DNA of 52,254 bases from Aquificales bacterium (GTDB lineage Bacteria; Aquificota; Aquificia; Aquificales; QOAS01): positions 1-52,254 of the forward strand of contig JALWDU010000017.1 of assembly GCA_027036735.1 (NCBI GenBank), given 5' to 3'. Under the pieces are notes generated by a model. That model saw only the letters and a list, made by a program, of their open reading frames with translations. It did no database searches and was not told where the DNA came from. How positions within the stretch are numbered: the first letter of the stretch is position 1; the number at the start of each line of letters is the position of its first letter. This document shows positions 21,894-30,677 of this stretch, piece after piece. The position numbers and the translations under genes were made by a program.

Positions 21894-23114
21894 ATGCCCG
21901 GACTATTAAACACCGTTTTGGAGAAATTGCGGGACATATACGCCCGCCTCGAGAGTCCCGCCCTCAAGGAGGTCGTCGAGAGGGCGGAGCTCGAGGAATA
22001 CGAGGACAAGGTGGTAGTCCGGGTTCCCGACGAGTATTGCAAGTTTGCCTTTTTGAAGGAGATTTACCCGCTGATAAAGAGGGAGCTCGACGTCTCCCTC
22101 ATCGTCCTCACCCCCTCCGAGGACGTTATTTTCGAGCTAAGTCCCAAATACACCTTTAAGAACTTCATAGTGGGTAAGGGCAACCTCCTGGCGGTACGCG
22201 CCTGCCAGGTGGCGGTCGAAAACCTCCGGAAGAAGAGTATCCCCTACAACCCTATATTTGTCTATGGGAGGGTCGGCGTCGGTAAGACCCACCTTCTGCA
22301 GGCTACCGGTAACCGAGCCCTCGAGAGGGGTTTTAAGGTGGTCTATAGAAGTTCGATAGACTTCGCCGAGGAGGTCGTCAGCGCCATAAAGGAGAACTCC
22401 CTCCCCTATCTGCGGGATTTCTACAAAAATGTCGATGTCCTCCTCATAGACGACATCCAATTCATGGCGGGTAAGGAGCGCACCCAACTGGAATTTTTCA
22501 ACATCTTCAACCACCTCTATCAAAACAACAAGCTGGTGGTGATAGCGAGCGACCGACCGCCCAAAAAGCTCAAGGACGTTATGGACAGACTGATAAACCG
22601 CTTCGAGGGCGGTCTGGTGGTGGAGCTAAAGCTCGACCGGATAACCAAGCGCGCGATAATAAAGGAGAAGCTGATAATCTACGGTCTGCCGGTCGATGAG
22701 GACATCATCGAATACATAGCCGAAAACACCGGCGACAACGTTAGGGAGATAGAGGGCTTTATCGCCAAACTGAAGGCAGAAAAGGGCTTAATCTACACCC
22801 CCAAGGGGGAGGAGAAGAGAAGGGAAATACCCCCCGAAAGGGTTTTGGAAGAGGTTTCCTCCTACTACGGTTTGCCGGTGAAAAAACTCCTCCAAAAGAC
22901 GAGGAATAGAAAGGTCTCCCTCGTGAGGCAAATCGCCATGTATCTAGTCCGTCAGGTGTGCGGTCTTCCCCTCGCCAAGATAGGGGAGCTCTTTGGTGTC
23001 TCCGACCACACCAGCGTTCTATACGCCATCAGGCGGGTCGAGAAGCTAAAGAGGGAAAAACCCGAAATAGGGGAAGAGGTGGAATTTCTGAAGACCAAAC
23101 TACTCGAGGTTTGA
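21894..23114 (+). CDS. dnaA: Chromosomal replication initiator DnaA
   Basis: KYTFKNFIVG, YNPIFVYGRVGVGKTHLL, LLIDDIQF, SDRPP, RFEGG, NVREIEG and domain IV RQIAMYL...DHTSV. Confidence 0.95.
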   Translation: MPGLLNTVLEKLRDIYARLESPALKEVVERAELEEYEDKVVVRVPDEYCKFAFLKEIYPLIKRELDVSLIVLTPSEDVIFELSPKYTFKNFIVGKGNLLAVRACQVAVENLRKKSIPYNPIFVYGRVGVGKTHLLQATGNRALERGFKVVYRSSIDFAEEVVSAIKENSLPYLRDFYKNVDVLLIDDIQFMAGKERTQLEFFNIFNHLYQNNKLVVIASDRPPKKLKDVMDRLINRFEGGLVVELKLDRITKRAIIKEKLIIYGLPVDEDIIEYIAENTGDNVREIEGFIAKLKAEKGLIYTPKGEEKRREIPPERVLEEVSSYYGLPVKKLLQKTRNRKVSLVRQIAMYLVRQVCGLPLAKIGELFGVSDHTSVLYAIRRVEKLKREKPEIGEEVEFLKTKLLEV

Positions 23115-24983
23115 AAAGTCGAAGACCTTCGATAGGTCTGCCAAAGTCTGTTTGACCTCCGATAGGTCTAGTTCTTCCGAAATCTCCACCCCGTAGGCGG
23201 TCTTGTAGTCGAAGGGAACCCCCTTGTGGAGAACCAAAAGGGTTTTGGACTTCAGGAGGTCAAAGGATATCCCCCTCTCCGCCGAAAGGCACCTGTTACT
23301 TTCGATTTCCCTTTTAACGGCATAGGGGGTTACCCATTTGTCTATCTTAACCGGTGCGTTTATCCCCTCCGCTCCATCGGAGGAGGCTATTAAAACGGCG
23401 TCCTCCGGAGGGGTTTCCGAGATTTTAACCAATTCCCCGAAGAGGTTGTAAACCTCGTAGCCCCTCTCCGTTTTGAGGGCTACCGCGCCGAGGGGCAAAG
23501 GTTCGTCCAGTATGTAGAGGCTTCCGCCGTTTAGTTTGAAGAGTTCCCTCAAGACCTCAAAGAGTATCCTCCTCTTGGTCTCCCTCTTTTGGGACTTGAA
23601 GAAGACCTTAACCTCCCTGTCGGGGAGTAGGTGGTATTTGAGACCCTTAAGGGTCTTCCTAATTCTTTCGAGACCTTCGAGGGAGTTTATCACCTCGGTT
23701 AGTTTCTCCCCTTCGGGGTAGAGGACTATATTCAGGTTTGCCCCTTCGAGGGTCTCCCTATTTTCCTCCAAAAATCGGACTACACCCTCCGCCGAAGGCG
23801 GGTCTAAAACTTTAACCTTTTTGTCGTAGAGCAGCTCCTCGACCGAGACCTCCACCCCTATGTCGCCGAGGAAGAGCTTCAGGTTCTCCACGAAGTCGGC
23901 TTTTGCGTCCCTTAGGAGTTTTTTGTTCTTCTCCCCCTTTAGGGCTATGTCGATTAGGTTGACCTTAAGAGCCCCTTCGGGGGGGTTATAGACTTTGCGC
24001 TCCTCGAAGATATATTCGATTGCGGCGTGTTCCTCTATAGGTTTGTCGACCACCACGTAGGGGGAGACCTTCACCTCCTCCCACCTGGGGTCTTCCTTCT
24101 CCAATTTCACCATGTAGGGTTCGAGCAGTCGGTTTATAGCCTCCCCGAAGAGGTCGATATACTTGCATATCACCTTGTTGGGGAGTCTTAGGTGCTTGAG
24201 CAACCCGGTGCGGTCTTTGTCCTTCCAACCCCTGTCGGTGGGTAGGTATATCGGAACCACCCTTTCGAGGGGAACCTCGCTTTCGAAACCCCCGTCGAAT
24301 GTGAGGAGCAGGGTATCGTCCTTAAACTCCTTCAGTCTTCCTACCCTATAGGAACCCTTTACGCGGAAGGCGAAGTGTTTTTTGAGCGTTTCGGGGGAAA
24401 ATCTCTTGGCAAATACCTCAAAGGGTCTGTTTACCGCTATTCCCCCCTTGAAGGCGAGGGTTAGGTATTCGAACTTCTCCGGTTTTACCGCAAACCAGCG
24501 CCATATTTGGTATTCGACGCCCTCCTCCTCCACCTTGTAGTTTAGACCGGTCTCGTGGAGGAATTTAAACCAGAGGCTGAGGTTCCACCCCTCTTTGGTC
24601 TTTTTTCTTAGTCTCCTAAAGAGGGGGTTAGCCTTGAAGTTTGGAGACAGAACGCGGTTGAAATCGGCGGCAAAGAGCGCGAAGGCGGCGTATTTCGGGA
24701 GTTTACCCTCTTCGAGGTAGCCCTCTTTAATTTTTTCCACCGATTGGATTTGTTCCTTCAGTTCCTCCGGTAGGAGCGAAGTCCAATCTATATCCCCCGT
24801 CGAGTGGAGGGTGTCCCCTTCCACCCAGAAAAAGGCTTCGTCGGTGAGGGAGTTCAAAACCAGCGCGAGGTCGGTCAAAGATATATCCCCCGCGAGGGAA
24901 ACCTTATAGGCGTAGTCCCTTATGTTGTGTATCCGCTTTATTTTGTAAACCTGCGTTGTGTACTCGTAAGCCATAAAACTCAA
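23100..24983 (-). CDS. Divergent prokaryotic Argonaute-like protein (N-L1-PAZ*-L2-MID-truncated PIWI*), probably catalytically inactive
   Basis: Collinear by-eye similarity to Aquifex aeolicus Ago as recalled: QVYKI~NLYRI, RVKGSYRVGRL~RVKPIGIDFVGRV, DRTGLLKHLRL~ERNEVADIVRM, ADFVENLKLFLGDIGVEV~EEFLKELINFLKNKGIKL, ANLNIVLYPE~VDLVIVFLEE, VYNLFGELVK~IFNSKGELVR, LADLSKVFDFSN~ILSLTLMNYSS. Likely ATG at 24974. Confidence 0.7.
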   Translation of the reverse strand: MSFMAYEYTTQVYKIKRIHNIRDYAYKVSLAGDISLTDLALVLNSLTDEAFFWVEGDTLHSTGDIDWTSLLPEELKEQIQSVEKIKEGYLEEGKLPKYAAFALFAADFNRVLSPNFKANPLFRRLRKKTKEGWNLSLWFKFLHETGLNYKVEEEGVEYQIWRWFAVKPEKFEYLTLAFKGGIAVNRPFEVFAKRFSPETLKKHFAFRVKGSYRVGRLKEFKDDTLLLTFDGGFESEVPLERVVPIYLPTDRGWKDKDRTGLLKHLRLPNKVICKYIDLFGEAINRLLEPYMVKLEKEDPRWEEVKVSPYVVVDKPIEEHAAIEYIFEERKVYNPPEGALKVNLIDIALKGEKNKKLLRDAKADFVENLKLFLGDIGVEVSVEELLYDKKVKVLDPPSAEGVVRFLEENRETLEGANLNIVLYPEGEKLTEVINSLEGLERIRKTLKGLKYHLLPDREVKVFFKSQKRETKRRILFEVLRELFKLNGGSLYILDEPLPLGAVALKTERGYEVYNLFGELVKISETPPEDAVLIASSDGAEGINAPVKIDKWVTPYAVKREIESNRCLSAERGISFDLLKSKTLLVLHKGVPFDYKTAYGVEISEELDLSEVKQTLADLSKVFDFSNLE

Positions 24984-25019
24984 AAGGTAGAATTGGAGGA
25001 AGAAATGACAAGATAGGTT

Positions 25020-26228
25020 TCACCATTTAACTTCCATTGCCGCCATAAGGGTATCCTTGTTGTTCTTACCCGTTTGGGTGTTGGCGGAGCTTATATCGTA
25101 GTGGACGTGCTTGAACGCCAAAGCCGTTTTTACGTATTTATTCCACTCGTATTGGACACCGGCGAGGAACTGCCAGCGGTCGGCTTTGGTGTAGTCGGTG
25201 GAGCTCTCCACGGAGGAGTCGAAGTTCCACCTGCCGTAACGACCGAATAGGGTGACGGGTTTGCCCGTTAGGGGTTTCAGATATAGGTCGCCGTTGATGG
25301 CAAAGCCGTTATTGGTGTAGGAGCTTCCCTGCTCGGGGTCTTCGTTATCCCACACGTATTGAGCCGCCACGAGGAAGTAGCGGTTTTTGTAGCCGACCAA
25401 GGGATGGATTATTGCCGTATCGGTTTCGTTGTCGTAGTTGTTGGAGATATAGGCTACGTGAAGCGCACCGAAGAAGTTTTGGGTGAAGTCGTAGGCTACC
25501 CTAGCCGCAACCGCCTTGCCGAAGTGCTTGTCGTCCTCCGTTCCGTGGTAGCCCTCGCCGTTGTAAACGCCAAACATGTAGGAAGCCTTTTTGTAGTTGC
25601 CCTTAAAGGCTATTCCGTAATCGGCGGATACCACAAGGTGGGCGCCGTCCTTATCCTCTATAAAGGTTTTGTCAACGAAGCGGTGGAACCAGGCGTGGTG
25701 TTCCTCCCAATCTATCCACGGTCGGTGGACGAGACCTATCTCCGTCTGCAGGAGTGGATTAATCTTCCAATTTAGGTAGGCGTATTTGAGCCTGAAGTTA
25801 TTCGAACCGTTGGTATCGGTGTAGATATCGGCGGTTATACGGAAGTAATCCTTACCGCTCTTGTCGAAATACTTCCTTATCTCGATGTAGGCTCTATCGA
25901 CTTTAAACTGCCCTTTCTCCCTGTCGGAGGCGGCGGGAGCGTCGGAGGTGTAATCGTAGTGGATGTAAGCCTTTCCGCTAATTTTTAGCTCGGCGAGGGC
26001 TTTCAACCTCTTCCAATCGGAGGAGGTAAGACCTTCGCCACCTTCAGAGGTCTTCGACTTTCCGAGGTGCTCCTCGTGGAGTTTTATAAGCTTTTGAGCC
26101 TCCTCGTGGGTAAACACACCTTTAGCCTCGAGTAGTTTAACCAGATCGGTGTAATCGTCCGCCGAAGCCAAACCTACCAGACCCGCGAGGGAAAAGAGAC
26201 CGATAGCCAAACCCTTTTTGAGGTTCAT
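25020..26228 (-). CDS. Outer-membrane beta-barrel porin (phosphate-porin-like)
   Basis: Signal peptide, N-terminal LVKLLEAKGVFTHEEA helical segment, FKVDRAYIE, RLKYAY, alternating beta strands, C-terminal Trp. Confidence 0.75.
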   Translation of the reverse strand: MNLKKGLAIGLFSLAGLVGLASADDYTDLVKLLEAKGVFTHEEAQKLIKLHEEHLGKSKTSEGGEGLTSSDWKRLKALAELKISGKAYIHYDYTSDAPAASDREKGQFKVDRAYIEIRKYFDKSGKDYFRITADIYTDTNGSNNFRLKYAYLNWKINPLLQTEIGLVHRPWIDWEEHHAWFHRFVDKTFIEDKDGAHLVVSADYGIAFKGNYKKASYMFGVYNGEGYHGTEDDKHFGKAVAARVAYDFTQNFFGALHVAYISNNYDNETDTAIIHPLVGYKNRYFLVAAQYVWDNEDPEQGSSYTNNGFAINGDLYLKPLTGKPVTLFGRYGRWNFDSSVESSTDYTKADRWQFLAGVQYEWNKYVKTALAFKHVHYDISSANTQTGKNNKDTLMAAMEVKW

Positions 26229-26276
26229 AACTTCTCTCTTTCTACCCGAAGGAGGTTAATTTTTTGTTAACCCCCG

Positions 26277-27137
26277 TTAGGGTCTCAGTTTGAGCTTAAT
26301 AACCCGCAGGGGGTCAACCGCGGTGTCGTTTAGATAAACCCCTAAGTGGAGGTGGTATCCTGTTGACCTACCGGTGGAACCGACTTTTCCAATTACCTCC
26401 CCTTGGCGGACAAACTCACCCCTTTTGACATCCACCTCCGAAAGGTGGGCGTATAGGCTCATCAAACCCCAACCGTGGTCGATTATCACCGTCTTTCCCG
26501 TCAGGGGCATCCAACCGGCGTAAATCACCCTACCGCTGAGTATTGCGTAAACGGGCGTCCCCCTCGGGGCGGCGAAGTCCACCCCCTTGTGGAAGCCGTG
26601 ATACACGCCGTTTATATACCTTTCCGACCCAAAGGGGGTGGTTATGTATTTGTAGCGCTCCAGCGGTGGGATAGCCCTCCTTTCGTAGAACCTCACGGGG
26701 GTGTAGGTCTTCAGCAACCTCCTAACGGAGGGGTATTGAAATCCCTTCCCGTCGGTGGATTTTTTTCCTTTTTCCACCTCGGGGTGTGGATGTTTTCCAA
26801 ACCTTATACGGGAAACCCTAACCTTTAGCTTTTTCACCTTTAGGGGAACCTTTGCGAGAAGGTAGCCGTCCCTGTAGAGGTATAGGAAAACCCTTCCCGA
26901 CCACCAACGGGGGACTGCGAAGGGTAGGTAATCCACCCTTTGGGGGTGAAAGTGGGTAAAGACCCTTTCGGAGGAGTGGTTTTTCAACACGACCCTGTAG
27001 GTGGAATTGGAGCTCAGTCCCCTACACTTTAAGAGTCCCAAATGTCCCGAAACCCCGTCGTAGGAGAGTTTGCAATGCTCTATCCCCCAAAGGGGTAATA
27101 GGATTAGGAGAGACACCAGGAGTGCCGCCCGAAGCAT
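26277..27137 (-). CDS. M23 family metallopeptidase
   Basis: HKGVDFAAPRGTPV, HGWGLMSLYAHL and STGYHLH zinc motifs. Confidence 0.93.
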   Translation of the reverse strand: MLRAALLVSLLILLPLWGIEHCKLSYDGVSGHLGLLKCRGLSSNSTYRVVLKNHSSERVFTHFHPQRVDYLPFAVPRWWSGRVFLYLYRDGYLLAKVPLKVKKLKVRVSRIRFGKHPHPEVEKGKKSTDGKGFQYPSVRRLLKTYTPVRFYERRAIPPLERYKYITTPFGSERYINGVYHGFHKGVDFAAPRGTPVYAILSGRVIYAGWMPLTGKTVIIDHGWGLMSLYAHLSEVDVKRGEFVRQGEVIGKVGSTGRSTGYHLHLGVYLNDTAVDPLRVIKLKLRP

Positions 27138-27165
27138 TACACCTTAATAGGGTAATTTAGAGGGA

Positions 27166-28095
27166 ATGGGGTTGAAAATCTCCCTACCGCTCCCGAAGGT
27201 GGTTAAGAGGTTTACCCGCCTCCGCAGGGAGAGGGTCAGGATAAACTTCGGCGGAAAGGTTTATATAGCCTTTACCATTTTGGTCGGTGTCGCGGCGGTC
27301 AACACCGGTAACAACATCCTCTACATCCTCCTATCCTTCCTGCTCGCCCTGATGGGTATATCGGGTCTGCTGTCGAGATACAACCTCAGCGGTTTAAAGG
27401 CTTACCTCGTCCCGCCCGACGAAGTTTGGTGTTGCAAACCGGCGACTTTCAGGGTGAGATTGGAAAACCGCAAGTATTTCCCCGCCTTTTTGGTGGAGGT
27501 CTTCGAGAGGAGCATAGGACTGCACAAGCTCTTCCCCATGGTGGAGAGGACGGAGGAGGAGGGGGTAAGGCTCACCTTTCCCAAAAGGGGTGTTTACAGG
27601 ATGAACGCCCTCGAGGGAAAGAGCACCTTCCCCTTTGGACTCTTTGAGAGGAGTTTTTCGGTTCCCCTCGAGGAGGAGATTCTCGTCTATCCCAAACCTA
27701 TAGAGGTGAAGGTCAAACCTCCCCTGTCGAAACCTCGGAGGGGAAAGGGAGAGAGTTTTCTCCACTTTAGGAGGAGCGGAGAGGGCGCCGTCGAGGGGAT
27801 AAAGGAATACGCCGGCGAGGGTATGAGGCTCATCCACTGGAAGGCTTTCGCGAAATTGGGGGAGCTCTACGCCAAAGAGGTGGCGGAGGAGACCTTTCTG
27901 CGCGAGGTTATCGTCGATATGGATAAAATCCCCGCTTCCGATAAGGAGGAGCGCATATCGAAGGCTACCTATCTGGTCTTACACTTTTCCCGCCTCGGCT
28001 ACGCCGTCGGTTTGAAATACGGGGAAAGGGAAATCCCGCCTTCGGCGGGGAGGGAACATTTAAGGGAACTCCTAAAATTTTTGGCTTTACTTTAA
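27166..28095 (+). CDS. DUF58 domain protein
   Basis: N-terminal TM with AAVNTGNN, FPKRG, FPFGLF, EYAGEGMRLIHWK (variant of REY..GD.R.IHWK). Confidence 0.85.
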   Translation: MGLKISLPLPKVVKRFTRLRRERVRINFGGKVYIAFTILVGVAAVNTGNNILYILLSFLLALMGISGLLSRYNLSGLKAYLVPPDEVWCCKPATFRVRLENRKYFPAFLVEVFERSIGLHKLFPMVERTEEEGVRLTFPKRGVYRMNALEGKSTFPFGLFERSFSVPLEEEILVYPKPIEVKVKPPLSKPRRGKGESFLHFRRSGEGAVEGIKEYAGEGMRLIHWKAFAKLGELYAKEVAEETFLREVIVDMDKIPASDKEERISKATYLVLHFSRLGYAVGLKYGEREIPPSAGREHLRELLKFLALL

Positions 28096-28102
28096 AGCTT
28101 CT

Positions 28103-28705
28103 ATGCGCCTCTTTCTCCTGCGCCACGCCCAGTCGGAGGGCAACAGACGGGGGATTTTTCAGGGGAAATTAGACCTCCCCCTATCGGAGGAGGGGATAAA
28201 ACAAGCCCAAAAGGCGGGCGAGTTTTTAAAGAGGTTTTCCTTTGACAGGATAATAACCTCCCCCCAATTGAGGGCGAAGCAGACCGCCGAGATTGTCGCC
28301 GATATCCTAAACCTACCCCTCGAGGTGGACGAAAGACTTAGGGAAATCTCCTACGGGGTATTGGAGGGAAAGAGACACTCGGAGGTGGAAAATTGGGAAC
28401 CCTACAAGAGGTGGTTGGAAGACCCCGTTAAAAACCCCCTCGAGGGTGTGGGCGACTTTAACGACCTTCAGAGGAGGCTTGAAAACTTTTTAAAAGACCA
28501 CTACGGGGAGGAAAAGAACATTCTCGCCGTCACCCACGGGGGGATAGTTAGGGCTTTTATATGCCTTTTGGGGGGTTTGGGATTTAGCCACATGTGGAGG
28601 TTTTCGGTTGGAAATGTTTCCCTCTCGATGGTGGAGGTGAAAGGGGTAAAACCCCCGAGGGGAAAGATAAAGTTTGTAAACCTCCCGACGGTCGAACTCC
28701 TTTAA
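28103..28705 (+). CDS. Histidine phosphatase (phosphoglycerate mutase family)
   Basis: RHAQS, SPQLRAKQTA, LREISYG and VTHGG motifs. Confidence 0.92.
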   Translation: MRLFLLRHAQSEGNRRGIFQGKLDLPLSEEGIKQAQKAGEFLKRFSFDRIITSPQLRAKQTAEIVADILNLPLEVDERLREISYGVLEGKRHSEVENWEPYKRWLEDPVKNPLEGVGDFNDLQRRLENFLKDHYGEEKNILAVTHGGIVRAFICLLGGLGFSHMWRFSVGNVSLSMVEVKGVKPPRGKIKFVNLPTVELL

Positions 28706-29733
28706 ACTATCGAGGGGACGAGGTGTTTCAGTCCCTCCCCTTCGCCGTATCCGAGCATCAGATTCGCGTTTTGGAGCGCTTGGCCGCTCGCCCCCTTTAG
28801 GAGGTTGTCTATCGCGCATACAACGACGGCGGTCTCCGTCCTCTCGTCGTAGGCGGGATATACAAAGGCGAAGTTGGTATTTGCGACCTCCTTGCTCTTG
28901 GGCGGCTGGTTTACAACCCTAACGAAGTATTCGCCTTTATAAACCTCCCTATAGAGGGAGGCGATATCGAATTTTTTAGACCTAACATAGACGGTCGATA
29001 TCATTCCCCTATCTATCGGCACAACGGTGGGGGTAAAGCGGACTTTCCACCCCTTTGGGGAAACCCTATTTGCGACAAACTCCATTTCGGGTATATGTCT
29101 GTGTCCCACAACCTTGTAGGGGAACATGTTGTTCACCATTTCCGGGAAGTGGAAATGCTGTTTTAAACCCCTTCCCGCACCGCTCACGCCCGACAGGGCG
29201 TGCACTACTATCACATCGTCCAAAATGAGGTCGGAAGCCTCCCTTAGGAGGGGATAGAGCGCCAAAAGCGTGGCGGTCGGATAGCAGCCGGGGTTTGCCA
29301 CCAGCCGGGCTTTTTTCACCTCTTCCCTAAAGAGTTCGGGAAGACCATAGACCGCCTCCTCCAGTAGGTCGGGGTATTTGTGCTCGAACCCGTAAAAGGT
29401 CTTAAAGTCCTCCAAGTTTTTAAACCTATAAGCCCCCGAGAGGTCTACGACTTTGTAACCCTCCTTTAGGAGTTTGGGGGCTATCTCCATAGACACCTCG
29501 TGGGGGAGAGCCAAAAAGAGCAGTTCCACATCGGGTGGGATGCTTTCGTAGTCCTCGAAGTGGAGCTTTCCCACACTAAAGAGTTCCAAAAAGGGGAAGA
29601 CTTCGGAAACCCTCTTCCCCTTGTGGGTGTTGGAACCGAGGTAGGCGATTTCCATTTTGGGGTGGTTTATGAGGAGCTTTACGAGTTCCAAACCGGTGTA
29701 GCCGGTCGCCCCGAGTATGCCAACCTTACCCAT
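28702..29733 (-). CDS. argC: N-acetyl-gamma-glutamyl-phosphate reductase
   Basis: GATGYTG, DLSGAYR, ANPGCYPT, SGVSGAG, HRHIPE and DNLLKGASGQA; ATG at 29733. Confidence 0.97.
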   Translation of the reverse strand: MGKVGILGATGYTGLELVKLLINHPKMEIAYLGSNTHKGKRVSEVFPFLELFSVGKLHFEDYESIPPDVELLFLALPHEVSMEIAPKLLKEGYKVVDLSGAYRFKNLEDFKTFYGFEHKYPDLLEEAVYGLPELFREEVKKARLVANPGCYPTATLLALYPLLREASDLILDDVIVVHALSGVSGAGRGLKQHFHFPEMVNNMFPYKVVGHRHIPEMEFVANRVSPKGWKVRFTPTVVPIDRGMISTVYVRSKKFDIASLYREVYKGEYFVRVVNQPPKSKEVANTNFAFVYPAYDERTETAVVVCAIDNLLKGASGQALQNANLMLGYGEGEGLKHLVPSIV

Positions 29734-29767
29734 CAAAGGTTCAATTTTCCTTTTAATAGACCTATTG

Positions 29768-30289
29768 ATGGCGAAGATTATTAAGTTCAACCCCCGCGGG
29801 GAGGGACCGGAGAAGAGACCCAAAAAGGGTGGGGAAGAGGGGGAAAAACCCAAAGGGGAAAAGACTATAAAAGTCCCCGCAAAGGGTGGGGAAAAGAAAA
29901 GTCCCCTTAAGGGGACTCTGGAAAATGCGAAACCCCTCACGCAGGAGGATTTCGACAAACTCTTCGAAGCCCTAAGGGAGGGTTTGAAAAGGCTCTACCC
30001 CTCACAGGTGGAGGAGGTTCTCGGCTTTACCGGTTTGGGGGAAAAGAACGGAAACAAAGCCTTTGCGGTTGGTCTGGTTATTTGGAAACGCTACGGGGTC
30101 GAGCAACTCTACACCTCCACGGCTGTTTTACTCTTTGAAAACAACAAACTCAAAAAGGTTTCCTTTTTGGAGGCTAAAAACAACTATTGGGATTGGAGGA
30201 CGATGATAAAACTCCACAAGGGGGAATTCCACACGGAGGAGATATTCAACCGCTTTATGGAGCTCGTTAGGGGTCAGTTTAGGGTTTGA
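29768..30289 (+). CDS. Hypothetical protein with G/E/K/P low-complexity N-terminus
   Basis: MAKIIKFNPR start, charged linker, then a globular domain; no family recognised. Confidence 0.65.
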   Translation: MAKIIKFNPRGEGPEKRPKKGGEEGEKPKGEKTIKVPAKGGEKKSPLKGTLENAKPLTQEDFDKLFEALREGLKRLYPSQVEEVLGFTGLGEKNGNKAFAVGLVIWKRYGVEQLYTSTAVLLFENNKLKKVSFLEAKNNYWDWRTMIKLHKGEFHTEEIFNRFMELVRGQFRV

Positions 30290-30568
30290 TTAATCCGTTT
30301 CCTCCAAGGGGAATTTTTCTATCCTTCCCCTCTCGAGGTCTTCGAGGGATTTTTCCAATTGGGGTGGAATTCTTCTTAATTCGTGCCTTTTGGGGGTTAG
30401 GAAGTTGTCTTCCACCTTTAGGGGGAAAGGAATTCCCCTTTCCCTTAAAACGGCTTTGAGAAAAATGTTCACCGCCGTAGAGAGATTTAAACCCAACTCG
30501 TTTAGGATTTTTTCAACCTCCTTTTTAACCTCCCTATCTACCCTTATGCTCAAAACTTCCTTGGACAT
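30290..30568 (-). CDS. RelB/DinJ family antitoxin (ribbon-helix-helix)
   Basis: SIRVDREVK, LGLNLSTAVNIFL and RERGIPF motifs; GGGAGG SD. Confidence 0.9.
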   Translation of the reverse strand: MSKEVLSIRVDREVKKEVEKILNELGLNLSTAVNIFLKAVLRERGIPFPLKVEDNFLTPKRHELRRIPPQLEKSLEDLERGRIEKFPLEETD

Positions 30569-30592
30569 AACCCAATACCTCCCAAAGGAGTA

Positions 30593-30665
30593 TTGTAATC
30601 ATAGATTACAACACTATACAATTTGGGTCTAACATATTGCTTTTGTATTACATTTGTTGTAATAT
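30593..30665. promoter_or_regulatory. TA intergenic region: palindromic operators plus sigma70 promoter for the toxin
   Basis: TTGTAATC-ATA-GATTACAA (30593-30611); ATTACA-TTTGT-TGTAAT (30647-30663); TTGCTT(30637)-N17-TAATAT(30660) facing the toxin gene. Confidence 0.7.
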
Positions 30666-30677
30666 ACAAATCCTGCT

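Noticed and set aside
20313-25020. oriC near dnaA
   Set aside because: There is no intergenic space and no cluster of TTWTNCACA boxes; isolated matches elsewhere lie inside CDSs.
28103-28705. Assignment as phosphoserine phosphatase PspA
   Set aside because: The His I recall as specificity-determining in PspA (EIDHG) reads EISYG here, so it is kept as a generic histidine phosphatase.
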